The translations under genes and the position numbers were made by a program. Shown here in pieces: positions 1-13,940 of a DNA stretch of 64,000 nucleotides. The notes beneath the pieces are model-generated. The model ran no database searches. It was not told the DNA's origin and saw nothing but the letters and a program-made list of their open reading frames with translations. The DNA is from Callorhinchus milii (lineage: Eukaryota), in assembly GCF_018977255.1 (NCBI RefSeq), contig NW_024704743.1, positions 55,926,001 to 55,990,000 on the forward strand, read 5' to 3'. Positions within the stretch are counted from its first letter, which is position 1, and each line of letters starts with the position of its first letter.

Positions 1-129
1 GATTAAAAAAAGCTTTACAAAGGTTTACAATTGATATAGCTCCTTTCACATCAGGAGAATGTCCCAAGAAACTACACAGGATACACTATGAAGTGCTGTG
101 ATTGTGTGTGTTTTGCACAAATGTGAGGG

Positions 130-685
130 TAGGGTTGAGGTGCCCGAAAATGAGGTAGGAGAGTGATAGAGCAGAGGTGAGATAAGTCTTTAGGTAGTTT
201 GAATGCAGTTAGGGTAGGAGCAAGGCAGTGGTATATAGAAAGAGCGTTCCAGGCAGTGAGTGCAAAGTGGTTAAAAGATGATCCACTGATGTTGGGGTAT
301 AGGTATGAAACAGACTAGAATTGGTGGAGTAGAAGGAGCAGACAGGGAAGTCGGGTACATATTGAGATGGACCTCAGTCTGTGGATGATGTCACAAATGG
401 GAACATTTGGGTGAGGAAAAGGCTGGAGTCCTGAGAAACACTGCATATGACTGCACAGGAGCAGGAGGAGAAGTCTAAAAAGTGATGGAATAGACATAGT
501 CAATAAGACTTGTAGGAGTGAAACCAGGAAAGTGCAGAGGCACAGAAACGTTGAAGGGAAGATAGATGGTGGTGAAGAATCGAGTGGTCAATGGTGTTGA
601 AAGTAACAATGGAGGACAAGAAGGCACAGTAGAGGGAGTCCTGGTCACAGGCAGTGAAAGTTAGTTATTGGAGGATGTTGAATGT
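130..685 (-). mobile_element. Degraded L2 LINE fragment
   Basis: Purine-rich; aligns by eye with the L2 RT and 3' regions at 19220-20600. Confidence 0.6.
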
Positions 686-2267
686 TTATGTGGGTGGTAC
701 AGTTAACATTTTAAAAGAAAGATGCAGCTCATTCTATATTTGTCAGTAAATATAGTGATGTTGACAGGATGCACATTATTATTCCGCATTTGTCTGTGAT
801 TTTCCTGGCTTTGGTATTAATGCCTTATAATGAGAAATTGTATATTCCACTACTAGTGAAGTGCTGCTCTCTGGAACATCTATTGCATAGTTATGTGTTT
901 TCAGCAGTCACAAAGCTTTTATTCTGGATCACGTTTGTTCAAAAATGTTGTTCAAACCATTATTGGCAGGCTCATTGACCAGTGTCATCACATATATTGC
1001 TGATTTGGCTCTGTGGAGTTTTTAGTCTTGCATCATAATGCAATTCCTCTGTTGTGATATCTCAATAAAGCTTTAATCAATTGGTACACAGATTGTAGTG
1101 TCACTCTGAAAATGTCAAATTTTAGCATAAGTCTCTTGTCCCTGAAGATTGTAGGACTTCAGGACTTTGAGGTTGTATAGTTTCGACTGACACATTAGTG
1201 CAATACTAGAGGAATGCAGCATTGTCAGAGGTGTCGTCCTTTGGGTGAGATATTAAATTGAGGTCCTATCTGCCTGGTTACAGAAACATTAAAGATCCCA
1301 TGATTGTTCAAAAAGAGAAATGAGTTTCTTACAGTGTTATGGCTAACAATTCCCCAATTAAAACTGGACTGCCTCCAGGAGGTGAATGGTTCTGCACTAC
1401 TCCAGCGACCTGCTGATGACAACCCAGCCCGCCTGACTCGTTGGTAGGACCTAGAAGGACAAACCAGTAACATTCAGAGTGTACATCTTGCAGCCCATTG
1501 TGCCTGTGGCCTTTTCATGCTGATTTAGTCCTGAACATCAAGCAGCAGAGACCTGCGAGGTCAGGTTGCTTCTCTGATTACACAAGACGTGATTTTGGTC
1601 AGGGATCTGTGTTTGCATTTGCTGTTTGCTTAATCTCCAAAGGGAAGCTTTTCATGTTTTTGCCTCTTGTCGTGAGCAGATAAGAATTGAGGGAAAAATG
1701 GGCTTCTTTGATTACATCTAATGATGAAACTAGCTGTTATCCGTGATTGTGAAGCCAGATTTAATAGGTGGAATATATCATTCAGTGATACACGAGCCAT
1801 CAATATAAAGGATTCTTCAGACATGCAGCCTTTCTGGAATTCTGTACTGTAATCTTAAAGCTGCAAAGTCACCTCTGTTTTTACTTCTCAGAATTCTCTG
1901 CAATAAACCTGAAATATCATTATCCCTTGCCTCCTTAAAGGCACCCTCCTTCAGTCACTTTCCTACCCCTACCCTCCACACTCCCTGATCCCAACCCCCT
2001 GCTCAGGTCCAAATCCCTTACTGTCCAGCGCCTTGGGACGTTCTCCTGACGTGAAAGGTGCTATACTAATGTAATTTGTTGTTATTGTTGTTCAAAATGC
2101 AGTGTTCCATAAGGGATTCAATGTGCTAATTATTACATTCTGAATATGAATATAACATTTCAGTGGATTTTTATCTCCTCATGCCAGCTTTGAGACCAAT
2201 AACTAAAATCATGGCAATTCCAGTTGCCATTTTAAAGCTCCGCTGTTTAAACTTTATGTGCTTTTAT

Positions 2268-2320
2268 ATGTGTGCTCATATGTGTTTGTGCACATATGTG
2301 TGTGTGTGCGCGTGTGTGTG
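2268..2320. repeat. Imperfect (GT)n microsatellite
   Basis: tatgtgtgctcatatgtgtttgtgcacatatgtgtgtgtgtgcgcgtgtgtgtg. Confidence 0.8.
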
Positions 2321-2344
2321 GTAGGTGGGGGGGCTCTAATTGTT

Positions 2345-3090
2345 AGTTTCTGCTGACCTGTGTTGCCCATCAGGAAGCTCGTAGGGAGTTTCTGGTACCT
2401 ACCATCACCTGGTAAAGACTCAAACCCACACTTGTTGGATATCAAATGATCAACTAATGATTTTCCTGTGGGCGTGTGTGTGTGCGGCGGGGCCTCCTTG
2501 AGCTGAACTGGCTCCAAAGTGATATGTTTGGCAACGGAATGCCGGAATAGAGTCCACCCTCTGTGGCGATCTCAGAAGTCCAGTTCTTGAGCCAGGTGGG
2601 TCTGCAGTATTCTAGGACACTGCTGATGATACAACAGCCAGCCTGACTCATCAGCAGGACTTGGAAAGTCACTGAGGCCAGGGATTCTTCCCAATCAGCT
2701 CCCATTAACTCTGAAAGCCAAAGCCGTAAAGGATAGGGTGATCCGATCTGGACAAGCAGCAGGAAAGCTTGCCAGACAGTGTTCTCAATGGCAAGCATGT
2801 GGTTTTAGCTGGCTAAACTCCAGCAGTATCCCAATGCACATTCTGGATCCCTAACCCTTGTCTTTCACCTGCATCTAATATTTTCTAGAATTAGTATTAT
2901 CTGGAATTTGATAGGCAGAATGCATCCCTCCAGGGAGAGAATGAGCATCCCACTCCAATAAACATCTCTGGAATTTCCATGTGTAGGCGGGATGCATGGA
3001 ATTCTGTTTGCTTTGGATACTTTTAAACATGGTAATGGCTTTCTGCACGTGTCAGAAACTTGGTTGACCATAAAAAAAGTTAATAAGTTT
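2345..3090 (+). mobile_element. Copy of the same unclassified repeat, extending to an A-rich end
   Basis: gagctgaactggctccaaagtgatatgtttggc...ctggacaagcagcaggaaagcttgccagacag shared with 18310-18700. Confidence 0.75.
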
Positions 3091-3941
3091 ATCGACCTTT
3101 GGGCAGCACAATCTTTTAAGGACAAAATACACTTACAAACCCACAGCTCTAAGTCAATTAAGTTAACCAACTAGACGACTGACTGTAAAAACATGCTCAA
3201 TTCACTGGTACAATATAAACAATTCCCTTCTCAGTAGACAGATCCAGGTATTACCATGGAATGAAAAGTCCCTTTCTCTTTAAGCTCACCATTTACTTTA
3301 ATATGCTTCCCATCTGAACACATGGTCTGCAATAATGTCCTGCTGTGCAGAAAGATGAGGACACAGTTTGCAACGAAGCCTTCGCTTCCTACCAGTGATA
3401 CAAAATGTAATTGATCTGTCAAAGGCATTCCGGATGCATGCTTTTGCAGCTTTCCCACAAATCCCAAAAGAAAATTGAACAAAAGGTGAATTATCTTTTC
3501 AATGCCACAATTTAACCAGGTTTCATTCATAAAACCTGCTTAAAAAAAAAATCCTCCAATTTCTCCTGCAACGTTGATAGCAATGAAGGAAATAAAACAA
3601 AAAACAACTTGCTTGAGTGGGGCCTCGATCAAAGAGAGAAACAATGTGACCTCAAGATAAAGCTCATGCTTGTTGGAAGTCTTGTTGGAACATTCTGGAA
3701 TATGCACACTTCCTTTACCCCTGTTTTATTGGGCTCCTGGTGGAGCTGAAGAAATATTTGTAAGATGTTTTTCTGGAACAATGCAACCTGAAATATAAAC
3801 TATAATACAGCTGAATGCCATTATATTGGCCCCCCTCCCACCCTGGTATGGTATATCCTCACTTTTAGCGCTGCTTACTGTGGACCCGTGTTATCTAGCA
3901 GTGTGGTACACCTCGCTTGCAAAACTGACTAGGTAGCTAAA

Positions 3942-4200
3942 AAATAACCAATTTCCTGGTCATCAGATCGCTATTGACATCACTTTTTGTGCCAGGACGT
4001 GTTGCTGATATCACTTCCTGCACCTCGAAGCATCACTGACATCACTTCCTGCATCAACAAGGGTTGCTGATATCATTTCCTGCACTATGTGCAGCATGCA
4101 GGAAATTACATCAGCATCACTTCTTGCACATAGTCCACATGTGTGCAATACACAGGATGTGACATCAGCAGTGAACTGAAAACCTGGAAGTTGGCTATTT
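3942..4200. repeat. MITE-like element: imperfect 25-bp inverted ends around ~30-bp internal repeats
   Basis: aaataaccaatttcctggtcatcag versus the reverse complement of ctgaaaacctggaagttggctattt; TGA(C/T)ATCACTTCCTGC units at ~3976, 4006, 4037 and 4068. Confidence 0.65.
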
Positions 4201-4814
4201 ATCCACTCTTTGTTTCTAAAGTAAACTGTGAGTGATTGGACCCAAATAAACCTATTATAAGCATTCAGTGTTCAGAATGTGCCACTTTCACTGTAAAACA
4301 CTGTAGAGCATAGACCAAATAAAACATGTTTGACATCCTCTGTAAGGTTGGGTGCATTGGGAGTGCCTGTAGCGAGCAAATCATAATGGCAGTTTGGAGT
4401 GTAGGATAGGCTATTGAGTTTGGTCTGGAGTTCAGTCAAGTCCATTTCCATGTCTATTTTCCATATCTTTAATAAATGGATGTTCTGCATTTTTTTNGCA
4501 ATTAGAAATTGACAGGAAGTAGAAAAATTATTATCTCATAAAATAAATGGATAAATTAAAATGTTGAACATTGAAGTAGAAAACATCTGTATTTGACATC
4601 CTTCTGGTTTAATGTCTGTTCCAACGTATGGCTCAGTTGATGGCACTCTCATCTCTGAGCCAGAAGATTGTGGGCTCATGTCAGGACTTTTAACTCACAT
4701 AATCTAGGCTGACACTCCAATGCATTGCTTGGGTGTATTGCATTATTGGATGTGCCGTACTTCAGATAAGATGCTGAAGCAAGGTCCTGTCTCCAATCCA
4801 AGTGGCATTATTCA

Positions 4815-5260
4815 ACAACAACAAACTTATATAGTGCCTTTCATGTTAGGAGGATGTTCCAAGACCCTGGAAGTTGAAAGTTTCCACTTGAGCTGGGGTT
4901 TGGATTCAAGAGGGGTGGGGAGCAAGAGGGAAGGTGGTGGGAGGATGACCAAAGGCATGGTCAAAAGGAAGGTCTTGAAATGGACCTTGAAGGGGGCAAG
5001 GGAAAGGGTGAAGCGACTCCAAGATGAAGTTTCAGAGGGTGGGGACAGAATGGCTGAAGGTCCGCCTGTTGATCGTGGGTGGGCAGGGGATGTGAAGCCA
5101 GTGTCCCCTGAGGGGAGGGAGTTGATAATGTTTTAGAGGTAGGGTGGGGCAAGACGATGGAAGGCTTCAAAAGGATTAGGATCTTGAACTCTATTCTCTA
5201 GGGGATGGGAAGCCAGTGGAGCTGGGTAAGGACGGGGGCAATTGGCTCACGGAGCCTGGT
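4815..5260 (-). mobile_element. L2 LINE 3' fragment
   Basis: (CAA)n tail; ggtcaaaaggaaggtcttgaaa is the antisense of FKTFLFD. Confidence 0.8.
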
Positions 5261-8200
5261 GTGGGTTTTGGGCTAGGGTTAAGGTTAAAATTCACTTAAT
5301 GGCTATTTGTAGGTCATTGCTGTTTGGAAATTGGCTGCAGCATTCGCCCATAAAATACACAACCATATCACTTTACAGTAAAATCATGTGGCATCCTTCT
5401 GACATGAATGGTCGCATATCAAATGCAAGGATTATTATTATTTATTGGTTATTATTCTATCTTTAAATCCCACCTTTACATCTTTGATTGTGCCTATGGT
5501 CACTTCTCCCTTCCCCTCTTCCTTGCTCGGAGTCCAACTCTGCCATTGTGCAGTGCTCCGAGATGCTATTTTGCATGAATGGCGCAATATAAATGCAAGT
5601 TGTTGTTATGGCACCATCCAATAATCAGCAATTATTTACTATTGCACTGAAACATCAATGTAGGTTATGAGCTCAAGCCATGATATGGGTCTCAAACCAC
5701 AACCTTCTGTCTCAAAGCCACGAATACCAAAAAAACAAACTCAACCTGGAATGTTGATCAATTGTCCATTGCAGCTCAAAGAATTTTGATTACAAGTCAA
5801 AAAAACCTTATTCTAATCTTTTGTTGATTAATAATTTGGAACATCACTGTAAGATCACACCACCAAGATCAGTAAAATTTACTGACCATCAGTAAATTTT
5901 CCCCTAAATTTTTTTACCAATTATTTCCAAGAGTTCATAAGTAAGGCAGAACTGCTACATTGATACTGAAGGCAATCTCTTTCCTAGTGTGAGCCTTTGA
6001 GCGCCTTGGGACGTCCTCCCGACGTGAAATGCACTCTATAAATGTAACATTGTTGTTGAGAGGCTGAATTAGAGATGTTTACATTATTCCTGATCTGGGC
6101 CACACTGGCTGGAAGAACAATGCAGGAAAATTATAGAGCAGATTAGGGAATGAAACACAAGCCAAAATTTCACCTTGTCTTAGCCTGTAAAACCATTTTT
6201 CTGTAAAATTTAAAATTATAGAGAATTGTGGAAAATTCTTCAAATCAATTTTAATTTGTAAGCAGGTTAAAGTGTAGTGACCGTAATTTGTAGGCAAACA
6301 TGCTTCAACTAAAGAAGATGATGATCAGTAAAGATAAAATATTGAGTAGTAAGTAGGAATAATAATCCTTATCACGTCTTTGAGGTCTCAAACCATAGAA
6401 TATACTGTAATGACTGTATTTTTTGTGGGCACAGAATGACTGTATACTTTATGGGTGATTTATTTGGGCAATGCCACCCAAATAATGTTTAACATCCTCC
6501 TTCTAAAAAAACGAGCACTTGACCTAGTCCGTGCTGCAACATGAGCTCTTTTACTTCCCCAAAGTGAAGAACAGAAACTAACATGTGAGAAAGGCTGGCT
6601 CTATCAACATAACTCATCACAAGGACAGCTCAGGGCCTTACAAATAAATTTCTGCCTGCAGGAAACTGAAAAGACTTCCAGATTAGTGTGTGAACAGAGT
6701 TGTCTGGTTTCCATTACGGGAGCAATTACCATATAAAAGATGTCTGAATGACTTGACTGATTTTATAAAAGCTTTTGCTAAATAGAAATGCGTCATTTTT
6801 GCATTCTTATTAACTGGTAACTTTGGATCTGAAGATGCAGTTCCTTTATCTATGGTACAATCATGTTGTAGGTTGTAAAGGACAGAAAAAAACCTGCCTG
6901 AATGAAATTTATGTAGTGCTGGAAATGACAGTGATTTAGAAAATGAAGAATGAAAACTGTACAATTATTTATACAGCTGTATTTAATTTAGTAGAAAGTT
7001 GTATTGAGGACAATTTGTGGTAGGAAATAAATGTTTATAAAGTGGAAGACAGGTCTTTAACCTGCACTGCTTTAGCTTCTTCACACTCTCTGAAGTGCTT
7101 TGACAAGCAAGTTTCAAACTATAGCATTGATGGTTGGTACATTTATTTGGGTCAGCTGGATGTCTCATCCATTGCTTCTATGAGTATCTAAACCAAATTG
7201 AGAGCTCCATGCATCCCACCTATTCATTGCTGTCCACAAACTGGCTGCAGCATTTTGCCCACAAAATACACAGTCAAACTTTATAGTATATCCTGTGAAG
7301 CTCTTTGAAATGTCTCAATGATATGATCAGGTGCAAATGCTTATTATTAATCAATGGAAATCCTTAGATATTTATTGGAATGGAATGTGCACTCTCTCCC
7401 GGGAGGGGTGCATCCTCCTTGCCTAATTCCAGAGAGTATTAGGCACAGGTTGGCAAGAACCAAGACTTGGGGACCCCACAGAGTGCACTGGGGGTACTGC
7501 TGGATTCTAACCAGCTAAAACCACATAGCTTGCCATTGATATTGCTGTCTGGCAAGCTTTCCCACTGCTTGTCCAGCTAGGACCACCTTACCAAGGGTGT
7601 CAGCCTAGACAAAATGAATTCAAAGTCCCAATGTGAGTCTTGAACCCACAACCTTCTGACTTGGAGATGAAAGAGCTATCAACTAAGCCGAGCTGGTCCA
7701 CATGTACCACCTAACCTCTGCTAGGCATAAAATGGTTGTGAGAGGATTTTACAGGATGTTATCAATAATCATCTGGAGAGCACATATGTTGCATGCAATA
7801 GTTTGAATAGATTTTGAAGCAATAGACATGCTTCACAAATTAAGGTCGCCCACCTTAATACCACTTCCGGAACTTCAGGAAGCAGGCAATATACTTGTAG
7901 GAAGCAGAAGAGACAGAACTATTCTCAGAGCATCCAGAACCAGGCAGATTGTAATAGCAACCCCATTACAGCCTTGCTGTCATATACATATTCATGCAGC
8001 ATTCAAGAATTAAACATTTCACCACTGGATCAATAGTCATAATCAGCAACTTTGCTTTACACGTCTGTTTGCATCTATCACCTTCAAATTGTTTCCACTT
8101 TAGTCGGCAGATTTCTTAATGTTTTCACAGCTGCTTGCTGACCTTGAGGCAAGTGCACTTGAGAGAAGCAATGAGAGAGGTCTTGTTTAAAGAGCTCTGA

Positions 8201-9314
8201 TAATTCTGCAGTTTGGAATGGTCTGATCTGAACTTATCCAAACACTTTCTCTACAAGCATTTTGAAAAGATAATTTCTCCTGTTGCACTGGTCAAGAAGC
8301 CCTCAAATAAATCATTCACTTTATGGCTGTTTATGGGACATTGTTGTGTGCAAATAAGCTATGTGTTTGCCGACAAATTACACAGCCATTACACTTTATA
8401 ATACAGAATATCCTGTGAAGCACTTTGTGATGTCCTGAAGTGAAAAGACGCAATATCCAATAAAAGGATTATAATTTAACATCCATTATCCCTCATTTTA
8501 CAAAAGCTTGATTTCAATCAATAATACAGTATATTCATATGGATAGTCATTGTACATATGAGGTATGTATTTTGTAATATCGTTGTTACATTGGAGAAAA
8601 TATTTACAAGAAATATTTCTGAATACCCTCTTTGACTGGTGATAGATTTGGATTACTGAAATGAGCATGAGAGGGCATTACAGTTTTGATATCAAATCTT
8701 GATTTCTAAATTGCGGAATTTCAAAAGCCATTTCCAAACCGAAAACTGTTATAAAAGCTGGCAGTGAAAGCAATCCAGGCTCCCTTTTAATGATCCTAGC
8801 AGCTTAGTTGAAACTTTAAAGTATTTGGCAGAATTTAACACAGACAAGTACAGCTCTCAATCGAATTAGCTTTTCTTTCCTGTGGAGCTCTGACAGTCAC
8901 ATGCCAATATACAGCGAATAAAACAAGCTTTACATCACACAACCTATTTCCTGCAATTCAAAGCCGTAATGCCCCATAAATCAACTGACACCATTTTAAA
9001 GTATAGAAATGAAAAGCGCTGACGAACTGAAAATCCCATTTGGAACTTGATCTGCAGGAGAAATATTTGATATTTTTTTCCCTAGGTGAGATTGAAAACT
9101 GCTAATATACAGAGCACTCAACAAATCACACACTGAAATCAATTTCTGAGGTGTTTGAACCTGGCTTGATGATTGGGACTCATTAACATCACACAAGCAA
9201 TGTTGGAATAATCGCAAATGTTGGTTGTGGGAAAAAAGTTTCAGTCCTACCTGGAAACATTTCTGTACCTGATTATACTTTGACTAACTATTAGGGTATT
9301 GTGGATGATTTTTC

Positions 9315-9662
9315 TTCATAGAACCAAGGGAATTTACCTCACAGAAGGTTGTTCGGCCCATTCTGGCAATTTGAATAAACAGTCCATTCAGTACCTGCCT
9401 TTTCCCTGTAGACCTGTAAATTTCTCCTTTTTAGATATCTATCTAGTTCTATCTTAAAAGTTAATATGGATCCTGCCTCAAATATCACACCTAATAGGAC
9501 GTTACACATCCTAACAACTTTCTGCATAAATATATTTCTCATGATTTCCCCGTTTGCTCCCTTGCGAACCCTGTTAAATTGATGCCCTCTAGTCTCAGAC
9601 TCACTGACCAGTGGAAATAATTTGTCCCTATCTACTTCATCAAAACCCCTCATAATTTTCAA
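9315..9662 (-). mobile_element. CR1 3' fragment
   Basis: KIMRGFDEVDRDKLFPLVSESETRGH. Confidence 0.85.
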
Positions 9663-10199
9663 GACAACAACAACAACTTGCAATTATATAGCACCCTTTA
9701 CACCACACAGAGTCTCAGAGTGCTCGGACCTCTATCAGGCTTCCCCTCAACCCTCTGTTCCAATGGAAAGAGACACAATTCCTTTTAAGGGAGTCAAAGC
9801 CATGCAAATGGAAACTCCTTCTGGAAACTGACAGCATTTTGCAAAGACTCATGGAAACTTCACTCGGACGTGATCTACTACTGGAAAGAAATCTGGCAGC
9901 CCAACGGGAATTCCAATGGGATTTCTTATTTCGGAATTCCATTTCAAAATACTGAAAGATATAACACATAGCAGCAAATGAATACCATCCATAATCATTT
10001 ATTTTATTTGGAGGAAACTAGATTATTTTTGTCTTGCTGCACTGTTTCCACTTTTTGGAGCCACGTCATTGATTGTTAAATTTGTAAGAGTTTTTTTGTA
10101 CTTTTATTATCTCAAGCAATTTTAAAATTGTGATCTTCAAAAGCATTATCACTTGCAATTTTTTATTGTATGACCACCACGAAAGTGGAAGGCGAACTA

Positions 10200-11358
10200 C
10201 AATACAATATTACATTTGTAAAGTGCCTTTCACATCGGGAGAACGTCTCAAGGTGCTGAACAGTCAGGGATTAGGACTCAAGCGGGGGTTTGGGATCAGG
10301 AAGGAGAGAGGGCAGAAGGGTGGCTGAAGGCACGGTTGAAGAGGACGGTATTGAGGTGTGCCTTGAAAGAGGCAAGGGAGGGAGTGAAGCGAAGGGAATG
10401 TGGGATGGAGTTCCAGAGGGTGGGGGCAGAGAGGCTTAGGGGCCTGACCGCTGATGGTGGGTGGGCTGGGCGGGGGACATGGAGCAGGCCAGAGCCAGCG
10501 GAGGGAGCGGACAGGTTGATAAGGGGTTAGCATGTTAGAGAGGTAGGAGGGCGTAAACCCCTGGAGGTGAAGGTGATTTTGAACTCTATCCTCTGAGGGA
10601 TGCGGAGCCAGTGGAGCCGGGCGAGGGTGGGTGTGATGGGGTCATAGAGCTTGGTGCGGGAGAGGACATGAATTGCAGAGTTCTGGATGATCTGCAGCTT
10701 ATGGAGGGAAGAGTTGGTTATTGGCAAATTCAAACCTGGATGTAATGAAGGCATATATCAGGGTTTCGGTGGCTTGAACGGTGAGTCAGTAACGGAGTTG
10801 GGCAATGTTGCAGAGTTGGGGGAAGGCAGAGTAGGTAATGGCACGGATGTGGGGAAAAGAACAGTTGAAGGTCAATCAAGATGGCTAGATTCCTGACTGG
10901 CTTGGTTAGGTGCAGTGTGCATCCATGGATGCTGATGCTGCCAGAGCCTGAGGTGCAGAGGTGCTGGCGCGAGCCAATCAGGAGAGCCTCAGTCTTGCTG
11001 ACATTCAACTGTCGAAAGTTGGCTCTCATCCAGGACTTAATGTCTGACAGACATGTGGATCCTGTAGCTCAGTGGTTAGAGCACTCGCCTTGGAAGTGCG
11101 AGACGTGAGTTTGATTATCAACAGGGCGAAAGGTTGGGCAAGTTTCCTTACTGTACACGCCTTTGTTTACCTAGCAGTAAGTAGGAATCCGTCTGTTAAT
11201 CTATTGGCAGATCACTTACCTGGGGTAATAATACCTTCAAAAAAATAATAATAATGAATTGGTCACTTCAATCCACGATTGTTTGTGGGCGGGACACTGC
11301 TGAGATAGTTGGGTGTCATTCGCGTACATGTGGAAGTTGACCCCATGTCTACGGATGA
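10200..11358 (-). mobile_element. L2 LINE 3' portion (RT C-terminus), interrupted by a SINE
   Basis: Antisense peptides RHGVNFHMYANDTQL, NFRQLNVSKTEALLIGSRQ and ITPTLARLHWLRIPQRIEFK. Confidence 0.92.
11054..11302 (+). mobile_element. tRNA-derived SINE (long variant, 3'-truncated) inserted into an L2
   Basis: gtggatcctgtagctcagtggttagagcactcg head; L2 RT sequence on both sides. Confidence 0.85.
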
Positions 11359-11479
11359 ACCTTGGTCTTTTTCTCGTCTAGCAATTCTTATGTTTGAGAT
11401 CAACTCACATTTGAAACTCCCACTTTGAGAGGGAAAAATCCATTGAAATATGATTTGTGCTTAATTATGTGGAGGATAA

Positions 11480-11871
11480 TAGAATAATGATTTGCTATAG
11501 CATCCTCATGTCAGAAGGATGTCTCAAAGTGTCTGACAGGATATACTGTGAGGTTTAATATGCACACAACAATATCCTGCAAACTGCCATTAAATGAATG
11601 ATCAATTTTATTTGGGGATTATTGGCCAGAACACTCGTTTTACTTTTTGTACAGTGTCATGGGATTGTTATTAATGTCCACGTAACCAGGCAGAAAAGAC
11701 CGCAGTTTAATGTCACATCAAAAGCACAGCACCTCTGACAATGCAGCACACTCCCAGCAATGCATTGGGTTGTCAGCCTGGACTACATGAGTTCAAAGCC
11801 CGACGTGGGCTTAAACCCACAACCTTCTATCTCAGAGGCGAGAGTGCTACCAACTGAGCCAGGCTGACACA
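11480..11871 (-). mobile_element. Older Deu-domain SINE (SacSINE1-like)
   Basis: Reverse complement: cagcctggctcagttggtagcactctcgcctctgagatagaaggttgtgggtttaagccc...gctgcattgtcagaggtgc; related copies near 1070-1360(+), 4628-4810(+) and 63011-63320(+). Confidence 0.75.
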
Positions 11872-13655
11872 GCTGTGAAATAGAACAGTTTGTCACTTTT
11901 GAAACTCTAGTGGATGGTATTCATTTGCTGGTATGTGTTATATCTTTGACGATGTGCACATATTTTGGGAAATTCCATTGTAAACAAATAAAATCATTAA
12001 AGTCACCACACTAACAGCAAGAATTTTTTTTAACTCTGGCATAAATGTCTCTGTTTCTTGTCTTCATTCGCTTACTCATTTATTTTAATCAATTCAGTTT
12101 TCTTCTCTGTCAGCTTCTATCTTTCTTTGTGTGCTGTCTTTTCACTTTCCTTTCTGTTTCTTTCTCTATTTTTCTTTTAATTCTCTTTTACTTTCTCCTC
12201 TTCACTGTTCACACTAATTTTCACTACATTCAGAGTTCTGATATTTGGTGCTTTAATGTTTCCCTCTTTTGCTCTCAAGAGAGAGAAAGCAGGAGGAATT
12301 GTATTTGCAGACAGGATCATCTCAACACCCTGAGCACAAGTGAAAGACCTATTAAGTTTTAATAGAATCCTTTCACCAGCATTCTGGATACAGATAGTGC
12401 TGCCTCCAAATAGCAGCATCTTGCTTTCTGTTGCAAGACTGTTAGCAGAAAAAGAAAGAACTTGCATGTTTACAGGATCTTTCCTCATCAAAAGGTCTCA
12501 AAGTATTTTACAACAAACAATGTTGAGTGTTGTGAATGTTTTTTGTAGAGAAACACATTGCCTGTTTTGCACACAGCAAGCTTCCATGAACAGTGATGAG
12601 GTAAATCCCCAATTTGTGTAGAGCATTGTGGCAAGGACACCGGAATAAACTACCTTCTCTTTTCTAACAATGTAATGGGATCTTTAACATTTTCCTGAAC
12701 AAGCAAATGAGACCTTTGTTTAACAGCTCACCTGAAGGACAGCACTGCTTTTAAATCAGTGCTCTCTCAGTGAGTGTTAGTCCATATATGTTTGATAACC
12801 CAAAACATCTGTTATGAAACATTTTCACAACAACATATTTTTCCTTCAATCACTCCATTCTTCCTCACTTTACTATGTGCTATGAAACCAAAGACAGAGC
12901 TGGATGGGGGACATTTTCTGTATCCGGACGGTATGATATTTTTTGGCAGTAAATACTGTATATGAAAATAGTGGTATTTTCCACTGGAGCTTTAAGTAGC
13001 CTGCAGTATATATTTCCATATGACTATCGAAGTTTGGCCAGAAATAAATAAAGTGAAGTTGTTTGTGCAAAGAGTTCGAAAAGGTGGACAAAAGTGGTGC
13101 CATGGGATCTTTAATGTCCACCAACACAGGCAGATGAGACCTTGGTTAAACTTCTAACTGAAGAATGGCACCTCCAAACAATGCAATAAAACCCCAGCAC
13201 TGCACTACTGTAGCTACATAGATTATGTGTGTTCAAGTCCCAATTTGTAGGTGTGTTTTTGTATTTTATATATTTTGTAGGTTAAGTGGAGTATTATGGA
13301 GAGTAAACATTCCATTCCTTGTGGAATCCTTTAACTTAGTGGCATGTTTTTTTACTCCACACGGCTCTGGTTACCGAGAAGTAAGTAGGAACCCAGTTGT
13401 TAGTGATAAGGTGCTGTATCAGATGCAACGATTATTATTATATTATTGTTATTCCAGACACAGGGAAATCTCCATGTTAAGATGGCATATAAATATAGAA
13501 CTCTCACTCAGTCTGATTTAGATACTCTTAACAACAACAAGATTACATTTGTATAGCGTCTTTCACGTCGGGAGGACGTCCCAAGGCGCTTGATAGCGTA
13601 CAGCATTTCAGACCCGAGCCTGGGTCAGGGGGCAACCATGTAAGCATGGTAATCG

Positions 13656-13940
13656 TGTAGAGTCCTGTAGAGTATTGGTTAGAGCACTCGCCTGACAAAT
13701 GAGAGATACCAGCTTCAATTCCCAGGCAGGGAAAAACCTAAGGCAAGTTTAAAATAATAATAATTGGGTTTCTCAGTCCTCATCTGTTTATGGGACACTG
13801 CTCTGAGCAATTGGCTTCTGCGTTTCTCCCACAAAATATACAGTTAATTCACTTTAAACCATATGCTATGAAGTGCTTTGAGACGTCTCAACGATGCGAT
13901 AAGGCACTATATTAAATGCAACAATTATTATTATATTATT
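13656..13940 (+). mobile_element. Diverged tRNA-derived SINE
   Basis: Degenerate head, Deu-like core and ATT tail. Confidence 0.75.

Noticed and set aside
3976..4085. CRISPR-like repeat-spacer appearance
   Set aside because: Eukaryotic context, degenerate ~16-bp repeats, ~14-bp spacers and no cas genes.
4497..4497. Single ambiguous base n
   Set aside because: Assembly ambiguity at the end of a T run; not biological.
12045..12362. Hydrophobic Phe/Leu-rich ORF
   Set aside because: Product of T/C-rich low-complexity sequence.
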